64,000 nt of DNA from Mustelus asterias (lineage: Eukaryota). A program made the translations under genes and the position numbers. The notes under the pieces are model-generated. The model had not been told where the DNA came from and ran no database searches. It worked only from the letters and a program-made list of their open reading frames with translations. The DNA lies in NCBI RefSeq assembly GCF_964213995.1, contig NW_027590119.1, forward strand, positions 2,852,001 to 2,916,000. Direction: 5' to 3'. Positions 35,902-48,020 of the stretch are shown one piece after another. Position 1 is the stretch's first letter; every line of letters starts with the position of its first letter.

Positions 35902-36196
35902 TGTGGTGAACCATCGTTGGTTCACCACTGGGGTTTGTTACCATGTTACTGTTGGGCTAGGGTGTTATTACTGTGGGGGTTGTACTATGTTGTTGGGTTA
36001 GGGTGTTTACCTGTTATAAGTGTTACCATGGCACATTCCAGTGGGGTCCCGCCTCCGGTGGCAGGGTATAAGACCCCCTGCTCCGGCAGGACCCCTTCAG
36101 TCTGAACTGGTGTATTCGTGTTAGTAGTTTCATTGTTACTGTATTAAAGCCTTCAATACTAAAGCCTTGATTCCATGTGCTCATTGACGCGCATCA
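35902..36196 (+). repeat. 3' LTR
   Basis: No differences from the 5' LTR seen by eye. Identical ORF translation in the track. Confidence 0.97.
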
Positions 36197-36539
36197 GTTA
36201 GGCTGGATAACTTGGGGTTGTTCTCCTTGGAGCAAAGTAGATTGATAGAGGTGTACAAGGGTACGTGGAGGTGTCAAAGTTTACATGCTCTGTTTACACG
36301 TGTACAAGCTCTGTCTATGGGTCATCCAGTCTCAAAACGTTGGTTGTATTCTCTCTCCACAGATGCTGTCAGATCTGCTGAGATTTTCCAGCATTTACTG
36401 TTTTTATTTTCCTTTCTTTTTCCTTCTCTGCTACCGCTCTGCCTCATCAATAAGACATTGGGACTCAGGGTTGATGCAGTTTGATGGACAAGTTGTCTCC
36501 ATTCTGAACACTGGGGAACAAGCCCCTCCCACTGATTGA

Positions 36540-36980
36540 CAACATTGCCCTCTACAAACATGGCGGGCGCACGTGCGCACTGCTGCATATTGCCCCCAAT
36601 AAAGATGGCGAACGTTAACCCGGGACGAACATGAGGAGCTGCAGCCCTGCTCGGTACAAACTGGGTCCGGGAAGTTCTCTTCCGCGGTTTGCGGCTGACA
36701 CAACATGCTTACGCAGCGTTTCCACCCACCTGGACGATCCATTGCTCTCTCCGTACCTCCAATCACCTCGAACAGATTTCCGAGCCCAGAACAAAAGCCG
36801 TTTCCCATCGCCATTACTCACACTGCGCATGCTCCAGTCAAAGCTGGCCCCGCCCCTCTTTCGCTCCCATTGGTTGGAGGACCGACCGCTCCATGTCGGT
36901 CCTCCAGCACTGTCCCCTCTTCCCATTGGTCCGCGCTGCCGTCAATCAGCCGGGCATTGTGACGGTGATTTGCTGCTTGT
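36540..36980 (-). promoter_or_regulatory. CpG-island promoter module, probably for ZNF unit 5
   Basis: AAGATGGCG and AACATGGCGG (YY1-like), TGCGCATG, GC box, CCAAT. Related to the other ZNF promoter modules. Confidence 0.6.
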
Positions 36981-37051
36981 CCAATAATAACAGGAAGAAG
37001 TTTAACAACACCAGGTTAAAGTCCAACAGGTCTATTTGGTAGCAAACGTCA

Positions 37052-37088
37052 CACAAGCTTTCGGAGCCTCAAGCCCCTTCTTCAGGTG
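37052..37088 (-). ncRNA. Minimal hammerhead ribozyme motif
   Basis: Minus strand CAC CTGAAGA A GGGGC ttgag GCTCC GAAA GCT T GTG. Confidence 0.7.
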
Positions 37089-38279
37089 AGTGGGAATTCT
37101 GTTCACAAACAGGGCATATAAAGACATAGACTCAATTTACAGAATAATGGTTGGAATGCGAATCCTTGCAGCTAATCAAGTCTTAAAGGTACAAACAATG
37201 TGAGTGGAGAGCTTCCACTCTAAACACGTTAAAGAAGCCATCCCCGACGGACAAGCCCTCCGTATACACAGGATCTGCTCGGATGAGGAGGATCGCAACA
37301 GACACCTCCAGATGCTGAAAGATGCCCTCATAAGAACAGGATATAGCGCTCAACTCATCGATCGACAGTTCCGACGCGCCACAGCGAAAAACCGCACCGA
37401 CCTCCTCAGAAGACAAACACGGGACAAGGTGGACAGAGTACCCTTCGTCGTCCAGTACTTCATCGGAGCGGAGAAGCTACGGCATCTCCTCTGGAGCCTT
37501 CAACATGTCATTGATGAAGACGAACATCTCGCCAAGGCCATCCCCACACCCCCACTTCTTGCCTTCAAACAACCACACAACCTCAAACAGACCATTGTCC
37601 GCAGCAAACTACCCAGCCTTCAGGAGAACAGTGACCAAGACACCACACAACCCTGCCACAGCAACCTCTGCAAGACGTGCCGGATCATCGACACAGATGC
37701 CATCATCTCACGTGAGAACACCATCCACCAGGTACACGGTACATACTCTTGCAACTCGGCCAACGTTGTCTACCTGATACGCTGCAGGAAAGTATGTCCC
37801 GAGGCATGGTACATTGGGGAAACCATGCAGACACTGCGACAACGGATGAATGAACATCGCTCGACAATCACCAGGCAAGACTGTTCTCTTCCTGTTGGGG
37901 AGCACTTGAGCGGTCACGGGCATTCAGCCTCTGATCTTCGGGTAAGCGTTCTCCAAGGCTGCCTTCACGACACATGACAGCGCAGAGTCGCTGAGCAGAA
38001 ACTGATAGCCAAGTTCCGCACACGAGGACGGCCTCAACCGGGATATTGGGTTCATGACACACTATCTGTACTCCCCACAGCTTGCCTGGACTTGCAGAGT
38101 CTCACTGGCTGTCCTGTCTGGAGACAATACACATCTCTTTAGCCTGTCTTGATGCTCTCTCCACTCGCATTGTTTGTACCTTTAAGACTTGATTAGCTGT
38201 AAGTATTCGCATTCCAACCACTATTCTGTAAATTGAGTTTGTGTCTTTATATGCCCTGTTTGTGAACAGAATTCCCACT

Positions 38280-38316
38280 CACCTGAAGAAGGAGCTTAAG
38301 GCTCCGAAAGCTTGTG
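38280..38316 (+). ncRNA. Minimal hammerhead ribozyme motif
   Basis: CAC CTGAAGA A GGAGC ttaag GCTCC GAAA GCT T GTG. Confidence 0.75.
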
Positions 38317-40529
38317 GCTTTTTCTACCAAATAAACCTGTTGGACTTTAACCTGGTGTTGTTAAACTTCTTACTGTGTTTACCCCAGTCCAACGCCGGCA
38401 TCTCCACATTAGCAATAACAGAGTCTCAGTGTAACAATGACACACACAGGCTCCAATACAATCAGAGTGGAGATGGGGCACAGAGACAACACAGCAAAGC
38501 ACTGACTTACTCTGAGTGTAACAAATACAATGTTTGTTCAAATAATAAGAGTCACGTTGCAGTATGTTAGCGAACACAGCATTGGATCCAATGTAATGGT
38601 AATACAGTCAGTATCTCGTGCACCATAACCAAAGTTTCGGTTTCATTTGATAGTGTGAGTGAGTCATGGTCTATTGATATAATGTATTTAGATTCCGGTG
38701 TGTGTTACTCTGCCACTGTCATTATAAGACAATAGCCTGTCTGTTATTCCAATTCTGCTGTATTCTACAACTGCAGTTTCAGTGTCTCTGAGGTCATTTT
38801 AACTGCAGGTAATCTGACATTAATGGAGACAAGAGGCCCAACAAACATTTGATTATAATAGGAGGACAAAGTGTAAGGGAACAATGATATTTTAAGGTGT
38901 CTGTGTTGTGGTGAGTGTCACTGGGAGGTGAGTGATAAAATACAAGTGGAAACATCATGACAGAGACATGTGACTGACTCGGCCTGACTGAGAGCTGTTA
39001 TACTCGAGGCGAGAATAATGAGGACATGGGGAACTCCAGGGATTTCTGATATCTGAGGTGTATCTGTTAGAGGAACTGAAAATAATCAGTTCTTCCTCAT
39101 GGTTATCTCCAGTTCTCAAGTTACACAGACACACAGGAAAGAGATCTGACAGCTCATCAAACCCAATATTTTAATCTTCTGTTTGAGACACATTATAATC
39201 GAAAAGATCAAATATTAAAACCTGAGGAGAGAAACATTCAGAATGTCACAAGGATGAGTGAACTGTCTAATTAATCCCATTCACCATAACTTTGCCAATT
39301 TATCCTCTGCAAGTATTTATCCAATTCCCTTTGAAAGCTACTATCAAACTTGCTTCTAGCACCTGTCAGTTAGTGCATTCCAGATCATATGAAATTATTG
39401 TGTAACAAATTCTCCTTATCACCCCCTCCAGTTCTGTTGTCAATTAAATTAAATCTCTGTGTCCTCTGCTTACAGACCTTCCTGCACGGAGGAAATCGAT
39501 TCTCTCCATCGACAAACCCTCGTGCTCCTGGGAGATAATTTCTCTCCATTGACACTATCATAAATTATTTGTCATTTTAAACACCTCTATTAAATCTCCC
39601 AGCACATTCCCCAACCTAAGATGGATAACCCATGTTTCTCCTGCCCTGAAGAATTATATGGACTCAAAATGTTAACTCTGAACAGATGCCGCTGGACCTG
39701 CCGGGTTTTTCTGCTTTTCTCCCTGTCATTCCTTCCATAATCAATCAGAAACTCTTCATGATTTTGAACATCTTGATCAAATAGGAACAATCAGACCCTG
39801 AGAAAGATACAGAGGGAGAGACAGAAAGAAAAATTGAGAGATTTTAAAAAGCAGAAAGATGAGGTGGTCAAAGATAAAAGCTGAGAAACAGAGGAAACAA
39901 GCAATACAGAGAGAATGCTCTGTATGTAAGGGAGCAGGCTATCAGTTCCCAGCTGTGGGGAGCACAGGGAACTCAGTAACTGATCCACAGACACAGCTGG
40001 TTATATCTGCGAATGGAAACTCTGAACAGAAATAACTGGCTCATTTGTAAATGTCACCACAATGTGACCTGTGTGCCTCTGCCCTGACTCTGTGGACAGA
40101 TATAGGCCGCATTGACAGATGTTCTCACCAGATTGTGGTCCCTGGATTTATTTTCTGCTCAGAAGTGAGATGTGCGTTTTTGAACCGGCAGCAGAGAAAC
40201 AGGAAGTTGTGTTACCTGAGAATGAAACAGCCGGCGTCAGTTTGATGTTATCACCGTGAACAGTCTTCCTGCCTGTGAGGGTGAACTCACTCTGACAGCA
40301 TCAAGAACAACCACACAGATTGCTGCCGCTCTCAGCATTACATTCACCTCCATTCCCATTTTAAACAATGAAGAAAGGAGATTATTTGGATTTTTAACAC
40401 ATTCACTGAATTGGGAGATGGACTGAGGGTCATCACTGGGAGAAATGAGGAGGAATTAGAGAACAAATGAGTTTTCCCAAAGAGGGTTATTAGAAAAGAG
40501 GAGATTTAAAGTGAGTCAGGGCCTGTCAG

Positions 40530-40945
40530 AGGAAGTGGGAGAGAGAAACAGAGAGGATTGAATCTCCATCAATGAGATGTTTTCTCAGACAGCGAAGAGA
40601 GATGAAGTGTGTTTGTGCTTTTTGAGAGAGAGGTAATGAGAGAGAGAAAACAATGAATAAGTTTAAGCAGATCTGAAATAGGAAGGTTAAATGAGTGAGT
40701 GTTTGAAAGAAAGATAGAGAGACATTAAGTGATGAAGACAGTTTCTGAGAGGAGAGAGGTGAAGTGAATGTGAGAGAGGAGCGAGGTTAGAGTGTAAGAG
40801 AGGTGGAAGGTAAGGTAAGTGTGAGTGAATGCCTGGAGAGAAAGAGAGATGTTCAGTGAGTGTGAGAGAGATGAGAGATGTTAAGTGATTGAGTTTCTGA
40901 GGGAGAGGAGATGCTAAGTGAGTGAATGTCTGAAAGAGAGGAGAG
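40530..40945 (+). repeat. Degenerate GA-rich low-complexity tandem repeat
   Basis: Recurrent GAGAGATGTTAAGTGAGTG-like units. Confidence 0.6.
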
Positions 40946-41199
40946 CAGGTTCACACCCAGGGGTCACTGAGAATGATCAAAATAAGATCACCCAAAAAAC
41001 TACCAACAGGAAACTTCAGCTGAACACATCACTCATTCTTAAATGGTCAGTCAGGGCTCTGTTGCTGCTCAGCTTCTCTCTGTTCTGTTTCTAATGGTTA
41101 AAGGCTGATAGGAGTGAGGTTTATTTAAAAGGATAGTGTATGGGAAGCACACAACAAAACTGAGAATTTTTGGATCCACACTGCAGCTCCTTCTCTATC

Positions 41200-44100
41200 T
41201 GGGAATCAAATTGTTGTCTAATTGTCCCAGCAGTTAACAGGCTCCTTTGAACGTCTCCAGCTGCTACTTTGATGCAGACTTCAACCAATTTATTTTAAGC
41301 CAGTTTCTGTTCAATAAACCAGGACTGACACACACACACATTAAAATGTTTTAGACTTTTTTGCATTTTTAGTCTGGAAACCTAAACCTGCCGTTTCACT
41401 CTCAGTCAGGAATAGATCCCAGTTTTACACCAATCTTTGACAGCACGTTTCCAGCATTCACCATTGTTCTTCCTAACTCTAAACACAGTTGTAAAAGAGC
41501 TTCTGTTCCGTGTCTCGGAGCTCGGAACCATGGAAAAGAACGACTGGGACACATTTCTCACACACCTCAGGATTCACCCACACGGGGACTTTGCTGTCAG
41601 TGAAAAGTGACGAAAAAGACCAAAGTGCTGTTTGTCCCTCTCAGCGAGACCCTGAAGGACTGGGTCAAGAATGAAGTTCTGTTCCTACTGTGTGACCCTC
41701 CCTCAGATTGCCCTTTCTGAGCTCCAGCCTGGTGACGTTAAACACTCAAATGAAAAAGACAAAAATCTACAACAATGATTCAATCAAATGTCTATTTCAC
41801 ATTTATTCAGAATATCAAACCTCAACAGAAGAAAAAAGTCAGAGTGAAGATGATTCAGACCTGGATATGATTAACAGCATCGATAAGTGTAGAATCCAAA
41901 CCTTGCAGTCGTTTGTGAACTCGCCGGTGTGTTAGCAGGTGGGATGACTGAACAAATCCCTTTCCACAGACATTACAGGTGAACGGCCTCTCCCCAGTGT
42001 GAACTCGCTGGTGTTTCAGAAGATAAGAGAAATGAGAAAATCCCTTCCCACAGACAGAGCAGGTAAATGGCCTCTCCCCACTGTGAACTCTCTGATGTGT
42101 CAGCAGGTTGGATGACTGACTGAATCCCTTCCCACACATGGAGCAGGTGAACGGCCTCTCCCCAGTGTGAACTCGCTGGTGATTCAATAGGTTGGATGAA
42201 CGAGTGAATCCCTTCCCACATACGGAGCAAGTGAATGGCCTCTCCTCACTGTGAACCTGCTGCTGTGTCAGAAGGTTGTATGAACGGGTGAATCCCTTCC
42301 CACATTCAGAGCAGGTGAACGGTCGATCCCCTGTGTGGAGTTGCTGGTGTATCAGAAGGTTGGATGAATTAATGAATCCCTTCCCACAGTCTGAGCAGGT
42401 GAAGGGCCTCTCCCTAGTGTGAATTCTCTGGTGGTTCAATAGGGCAGATGGACGGCTGAATCCCTTCCCACACACACAGCAGGTGAATGGCCTCTCCCCA
42501 GTGTGAGTATATTGGTGCGTCAGCAGATCTTTTTTATTTTTAAAGCTCTTCTCACAGTGGGAACAATTAAAAAGTTTGTTATCAGAGTGAACAAGTTGAT
42601 GTGTCTGCAAGTGGGATGACTGAATGAATCCTTTCCCACACACACAGCAGGTGAACGGTCTCTCCCCAGTGTGAATACGTTGGTGCGTCAGCAGATCTTT
42701 TTTGCATTTAAAACTCTTCCCACAGTCAGAACATGGAGACAGTCTCTCATCAGTGTGAACAAGTTGGTGTGTCACAATGTGGGATGAGCGAGTGAATCCC
42801 TTCCCACACACAGGGCAGGTGAACGGCCTCTCCCCAGTGTGAACCCGTTGGTGAGTCAGAAGGTTGTATGAATGGGTGAATCCCTTCCCACAAACAGAGC
42901 AGGTGAACGGTCTCTCCCCAGTGTGACTGCGCTGATGAACTTCCAGTTGTGATGGGAAACTGATTCCTTTCCCACAATCCACACATTTCCACTGTTTCTC
43001 CATGGTGCTGGTGCCCTTGTGTTTCTCCAGGTTGGATGATCAGTTCAAGCCTCATCCACACACACAACATACACGTAGTTTCACCCTGCTGTGAACTGTG
43101 ATTTTTTTTCAGGCTGTGTAACTGGTTAAAGCTCTTTCCACAGTCGGTTCACTGGAACACTCTCACTCGGGTGTGTGTTTGTCCTGCTGCTTTTCTGGTC
43201 ACACTGATGTTTAATTTCTTTGCCCACAGGCAGAACAGACAAATATTGCTCCTTCCATATTCAAAGACCGATCATATTCAGCTCCGAAGGAACTGAATGA
43301 CTTTGTCAGATGTGATGTTCGGTTTGAGTTTTCTGTCTGCCATTCCTTCACTTTGAATATCCTGTAAAAACAGTTTAGAAAAGTCATCACTGTCAGAACA
43401 GGATAGAAACTCTGAACAATTCTAGTCTTTCTGGAACATTTTTTCCTTTCTTGTTCCCCCAAATCTGTAAATCTCCGTCCCACACACTCTCCCTCCTCCT
43501 TGGGCTGAAATCCAAACCCATCTCACCATTTCTTTCCTCCACTCCCAGTTTTCTCCCTCCCTCTCCTCTGTCTGGGTTCAGTTCTCCAGCTCCTGTCTGT
43601 AGACTGACAATAAAACCAATGGGTCTTATTGGGGGTGTTGGGGCCTCCAGCGGGTGTTTGTGAATCCTCCCCGCCCACCTCCCAGGGTTTCCTTCCTTCC
43701 CAGAGATCAGAGTCCTCATTGATTTGAGGCCAAAGTGTAACCTCTTATTTATTGTCCCCCTCCCCCATCCTCTGATGTGAACCATCCTCCAGTGGCTGAG
43801 CCAGGATGGGGCCGTTAACCTGGGCCTGTTCCCGGGAGGGAGGGAGGGAGAAGCCCCGCAGCTGCAAACCAGGGAGCTGACAATGATTCTGAAGGGTTTG
43901 CGGATCCACAAAGTGTTTCCAAATCCTCCCAGCCACCGCCTAACGCTGACTCCGCTTCTCCGGGACAAACAAGCGCCAAGGACAGCAATGACACTGCGCA
44001 TGCTCCACATCACAATGCCCGGGGACTGATTGACGGCAGCTCCGGACCAATAGGAAGAGGGGGCGGGACTGGAGGACCGAGCGGGAGCGGCTGGTCCTCC

Positions 44101-44244
44101 AACCAATCGGAGTGAATGAGGGGCGGGGCCTGAAGCATGCGCAGTGCGGGTAATGGCGACGGACGGACGGTTTTAACTCGGTAGCGAGATCAATACGAGG
44201 TAGAGGGCGGCGTGCGAGGAATGATAAATGTGGCGGGTGGGTGG
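41200..44244. repeat. Segmental duplication copy A (ZNF unit 6 with 3' UTR, intron and promoter); copy B at 60880-63746
   Basis: Collinear from TGGGAATCAAATTGTTGTCTAATTG to AATGTGGCGGGTGGGTGG. Confidence 0.95.
41855..43003 (-). CDS. C2H2 zinc-finger protein, 13 fingers (9th lacks first His) (unit 6)
   Basis: 382-aa ORF starting MEKQWKC. Confidence 0.92.
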   Translation of the reverse strand: MEKQWKCVDCGKGISFPSQLEVHQRSHTGERPFTCSVCGKGFTHSYNLLTHQRVHTGERPFTCPVCGKGFTRSSHIVTHQLVHTDERLSPCSDCGKSFKCKKDLLTHQRIHTGERPFTCCVCGKGFIQSSHLQTHQLVHSDNKLFNCSHCEKSFKNKKDLLTHQYTHTGERPFTCCVCGKGFSRPSALLNHQRIHTRERPFTCSDCGKGFINSSNLLIHQQLHTGDRPFTCSECGKGFTRSYNLLTQQQVHSEERPFTCSVCGKGFTRSSNLLNHQRVHTGERPFTCSMCGKGFSQSSNLLTHQRVHSGERPFTCSVCGKGFSHFSYLLKHQRVHTGERPFTCNVCGKGFVQSSHLLTHRRVHKRLQGLDSTLIDAVNHIQV

Positions 44245-44410
44245 AGAGACTTTGTAAACATGTTGTTCAACCCCAAACCCCGGAAATGAACTTCCCGGTC
44301 CCCCCCTTTGTACCAAATGGAGCGGCAGCTTGTAGTGTTAGACCCGGGCTGACTGCCGCCATTGAGGCTGCATGTGGGAGGCCGGCAGGGATTGTGATCG
44401 GAGAGTGAAG
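43850..44410. promoter_or_regulatory. CpG-island promoter between divergent ZNF units 6 (-) and 7 (+)
   Basis: TGCGCATG twice, CCAAT three times, GC boxes, CCGGAAAT/CTTCCCGG (ETS-like), ACTACAA on the minus strand (ZNF143-like). Confidence 0.7.
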
Positions 44411-44413
44411 CCC

Positions 44414-44577
44414 TGACGTCACAATGGAATGGGTGAGAGTGTGAGGTCACAATGGAATGGGTGGGAGTGTGAGGTCACAATGGAATGGGTGAGAGTGTGA
44501 TGTCACAATGGAATGGGTGAGAGTGTGACGTCACAATGGAATGGGTGAGAGTGTGATGTCACAATGGAATGGGTGAG
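44414..44577 (+). repeat. 28-bp minisatellite, about 5.9 copies
   Basis: TGA(C/G/T)GTCACAATGGAATGGGTGAGAGTG starting at 44414, 44442, 44470, 44498, 44526 and 44554. Confidence 0.95.
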
Positions 44578-44629
44578 GGTTCCAGATGAGCTGACACTGG
44601 GCTGGAGTCGGGCGATGGCACTGACATGT

Positions 44630-44938
44630 GACCCGGTGGCACAGTGGTTAGCGCAGCTGCCTAACAGCGCCAGGGACCCGGGTTCAATTCCAGCCTCGGG
44701 TCGCTGTCTGTGCAGAGTTTCTACATTCTCCCCGTGTCTGGGTGGGTTTCCTCCAGGTGTTCCGGTTTCCTTCCACAGTCCAAAGATGTGCAGGTTAGAC
44801 AGATTGGCCATGATAAATTAACCCTTGGCATCAGGGGGATTAACAGGTAAATATGTGGATAGGGCCTGGATGGGATTGTTGTCGGTGCAGGCTCGATGGG
44901 CTGAATGGCCTCCTCCTACAATGTATTTTATGATTCAT
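44630..44938 (+). mobile_element. HE1-like V-SINE
   Basis: Head, core and tail present, moderately diverged. Confidence 0.85.
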
Positions 44939-45059
44939 TACTGTTAATTAATTAATTACTTTGAATGAAGGTGGTCTTGATGATGATGTGGACGTGGTTG
45001 GAAGCTCATATTGGGATGAACTATTTCACCCTGGTTGTGAACAGCCTGTTTCAGCCTCA

Positions 45060-45430
45060 GACAGTAAGTAATCTCACAACACCAGGTTAAAATCCAACAG
45101 GTTAATTTGCTGGCATAAGCCACAGGATTTTGGAGCGCTGCTCTTCATCAGGTGAGTGGGAGTTCTATTCACAAACAGGGCACAGAGACACAAACTCAAT
45201 TTACAAAATAATGGTTGGAATGTGAGTCTTTACAGGTAATCAAGTCTTAAAGGTACAGACAATGTGAGTGGAGAGAGGGTGAAGCACAGGTTAAAGAGAT
45301 GTGTATTGTCTCCAGCCAGGACAGTTAGTGAGATTTTGCAAGCCCAGGCAATTTGTGGGGGTTACAGACAGTGTGAGTTACAGATAGTGTGACATGAACC
45401 CAAGATCCCGGTTGAGGCCGTCCTCATGTG
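45060..45430 (-). mobile_element. Penelope-like 3' terminus
   Basis: Same unit as 6600-6960. Confidence 0.85.
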
Positions 45431-46339
45431 TGATTGACAGATCCATGCTCACTGCTTCTTGCCCTGGATGCAGAGAGCTGAAAATTTCCATGCAGGCTGC
45501 CAGACAAATAAATGTCTACATTACTGGAGTAAAAATGTGTGGAATATACAGACCGAATTCACTTCACTCCCTTCAGTTGCTGCAAGTCCCCAATTTCCCC
45601 AGAATGAGAAAAGAAATGGAAAGGGGGAAACATTGATTTCCTCCCAGATGTTGTCCAGAAGAGGAAGTTTCAATCTGAAGCTCATTGGACAACTTCCGCA
45701 TTGTGACGTCACAATGGAGCCTGCCTGAATCAGCGAATAGGAATCTCTCTTCCGACATCAAGAGCTGATGTTTCTTGTCTCGATGACCCTTTGTCAAAGC
45801 TCTGAAACATCAGTTCTTTTCTCTCCATACAGATGCTGCCAGACCTGCTGAGAATGGGGAGACAGTGTGTGGGATGGAGATTTACAGCTTTTGGGGAATG
45901 AGAGAGGCAAGAATGTTCCATAGAAATTGTCTGTTCTGAATTTCTATGCTGTACTGACACTGATGACTTTTGTAAACTCGTTTTACAGGATATTGAAAGA
46001 GGAATCACAGGCCGAAATCTCAAACGTCATGTCTAGACGTGACAGAGTCATATTCCTTGGGACCTCAATATCATCGGACTTTGAATCCAGAAGGAGAAAT
46101 GATTGTCCAGTCTGTCGATTTGAAAAGATTTGAAATGTCAGTGTGAGTGAAAAAGCATCAACACACTGCCACACTTGAGTGAGAGTGTTCCAATGCACTG
46201 ACTAAAGAGCTTTAACCAGTTACACAGTCTGAATAAATATCACACCATTCACAGCGGGGAGAGACTGTAATCTTGTTCTGAGTGTGGGCGAAGTTTCAAC
46301 TAATTGTCCAGTCAAGAGAGAGGTAAGGACACCTGCACC

Positions 46340-47518
46340 ATGGAGAAACCATGGAAATGTGGGGACTGTGGGAAGGGATACAGAGCCCCATCTAAGCTGG
46401 AAGCTCATCGACGCAGCCACACTGGGGAGAGACCATTCACCTGCTCTCAATGTGGGAAGGGATTCACTCGATTATCCCTCCTGCAGAGACACCAGCGAGT
46501 TCACACTGGAGAGAGGCCATTTTCCTGCTCTCAATGTGAGAAGGGATTCAGTCAGTTATCCGACCTGCAGAGACACCAGCGAGTTCACACTGGGGAGAGG
46601 CCGTTCACCTGCTCTCAGTGTGGGAAGGGATTCACTCAATTATCCACCCTGCGGACACATGAACGAGTTCACACTGGGGAGAGGCCATTCACCTGCTCTC
46701 AGTGTGGGAAAGGATTCATTCTGTTATCCAGCCTGCGGATACACCAGCGAGTTCACACTGGGGAGAAACCATTCACCTGCTCTCAGTGTGGGAAGGGATT
46801 CATTCAGTTATCCAGCTTGCAGAAACACCAGCAAGTTCACACAGGAGAGAGGCCGTTCACCTGCTCTCAGTGTGGGAAGGGATTCATTCTGTTATCCCTC
46901 CTGCAGAGACACCAACGAGTTCACACTGGGGAGAGGCCATTCAACTGTTCTCAGTGTGGGAAGGGATTCACGAACTCATCCATCCTGCGGACACACGAAC
47001 GAGTTCACACTGGGGAGAGACCGTTCACCTGCTCTCAGTGTGGGAAGAGATTCACTCAGTCAGCCGACCTGCAGAGACACCAGCTACGTCACACAAGGGA
47101 GAGGCCGTTCACCTGCTCTCAGTGTGGGAAGGGATTCATTCTGTTATCCAGCCTGCGAATACACCAGCGAGTTCACACTGGGGAGAAACCATTCATCTGC
47201 TCTCAGTGTGGGAAGGGATTCACTAACTCATCTGATCTGCGGACACACCAGCGAGTTCACACAGGGGAGAGGCCGTTCACCTGCTCTCAGTGTGGGAAGG
47301 GATTCACTCAGTCATCCCACCTGCAGAGACACCAGCGAGTTCACACTGGGGAGAGACCATTCAACTGTTCTCAGTGTGGGAAGGGATTCACTCAGTCATC
47401 CAACTTGCAGACACACCAGCGAGTTCACACTGGGGAGAGGCCATTCACCTGCTCTCAGTGTGGGAAGGGATTCAGAGTTTCATCCCACCTGCTGAGACAC
47501 CAGCGAGTTCACGAGTGA
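46340..47518 (+). CDS. C2H2 zinc-finger protein, 14 fingers (unit 7)
   Basis: ORF 46304..47518, ATG of MEKPWKC at 46340. Fingers 2-14 all start CSQC. Confidence 0.92.
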   Translation: MEKPWKCGDCGKGYRAPSKLEAHRRSHTGERPFTCSQCGKGFTRLSLLQRHQRVHTGERPFSCSQCEKGFSQLSDLQRHQRVHTGERPFTCSQCGKGFTQLSTLRTHERVHTGERPFTCSQCGKGFILLSSLRIHQRVHTGEKPFTCSQCGKGFIQLSSLQKHQQVHTGERPFTCSQCGKGFILLSLLQRHQRVHTGERPFNCSQCGKGFTNSSILRTHERVHTGERPFTCSQCGKRFTQSADLQRHQLRHTRERPFTCSQCGKGFILLSSLRIHQRVHTGEKPFICSQCGKGFTNSSDLRTHQRVHTGERPFTCSQCGKGFTQSSHLQRHQRVHTGERPFNCSQCGKGFTQSSNLQTHQRVHTGERPFTCSQCGKGFRVSSHLLRHQRVHE

Positions 47519-47744
47519 TTCCAGAGGTTGGATTCTGCTGTTATTGTTTCTGCTCTCAATTACATCCAGGACTGCATTTTGTTCATTCTCACAGTTGGTC
47601 AATGGGGAGGGTCGGAGGGTTTCTTTCTGCTGGACTGGCCGGTCTCATGACTTTGCCTCCAGTGGGCTGATGCTCTTTGAGTCTTGTTGCGAATACCTGG
47701 TTTTTAGATTTCACACGGATCACAGAGTGACAGGGTGTTAGGAA

Positions 47745-48020
47745 GTTATAGAGGTTTACAACATGGAAACAGGCCCTTCAGCCCAACTTGTCCATTCCGC
47801 TCAGTTTTTACCACTAAGCTAGTCCCAATTGCCCGTATTTTGCCCATATCCCTCTATACCCATCTTACCCGTGTAACTGTCTAAATGCTTTTGAAAAGAC
47901 AGTATTGTACCCACCTCTACCACTGCCTCTGGCAACTCGTTCCAGACACTCACCACGACCTGAGTGAAAAACTGCCCCTCTGGACCCTTTTGTATCTCTC
48001 CCCTCTCACTTTAAACCTCA
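47745..48020 (-). mobile_element. CR1 3' tail fragment
   Basis: Matches 48615-48900. Confidence 0.8.

Larger units (their letters stand above)
31166..36196 (+). mobile_element. Full-length Ty3/Gypsy LTR retrotransposon (Mag-like)
   Basis: Two 295-bp TG...CA LTRs, 5-bp TSD GTTAG (31161-31165 / 36197-36201), PPT AAAGGAGGGGTGAA at 35888-35901. Confidence 0.97.
31078..36260 (+). mobile_element. Short old CR1 fragment that is the Gypsy insertion target (31078-31165 joined to 36202-36260)
   Basis: RVQRRFIKMVSGMRNYSYNVR|LDNLGLFSLEQ is continuous once the Gypsy is removed. Confidence 0.8.
36990..38410 (+). mobile_element. Penelope-like element: 3' part of ORF (GIY-YIG endonuclease) with inverted terminal copy at 36990-37205
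   Basis: ORF 37204..37977: GQALRIHRICS, PC..CKTC, VVYLIRC..YIGET..RMNEH. Premature stop at 37977. The upstream 215 bp is the reverse complement of the 3' terminus. Confidence 0.93.

Noticed and set aside
44414-44577. CRISPR-like periodicity
   Set aside because: Contiguous tandem units without unique spacers, in vertebrate DNA with no cas genes.
46284-47495. 403-aa alternative-frame ORF overlapping unit 7
   Set aside because: Shifted frames of homogeneous C2H2 arrays are often stop-free. Shorter equivalents occur in the other units.
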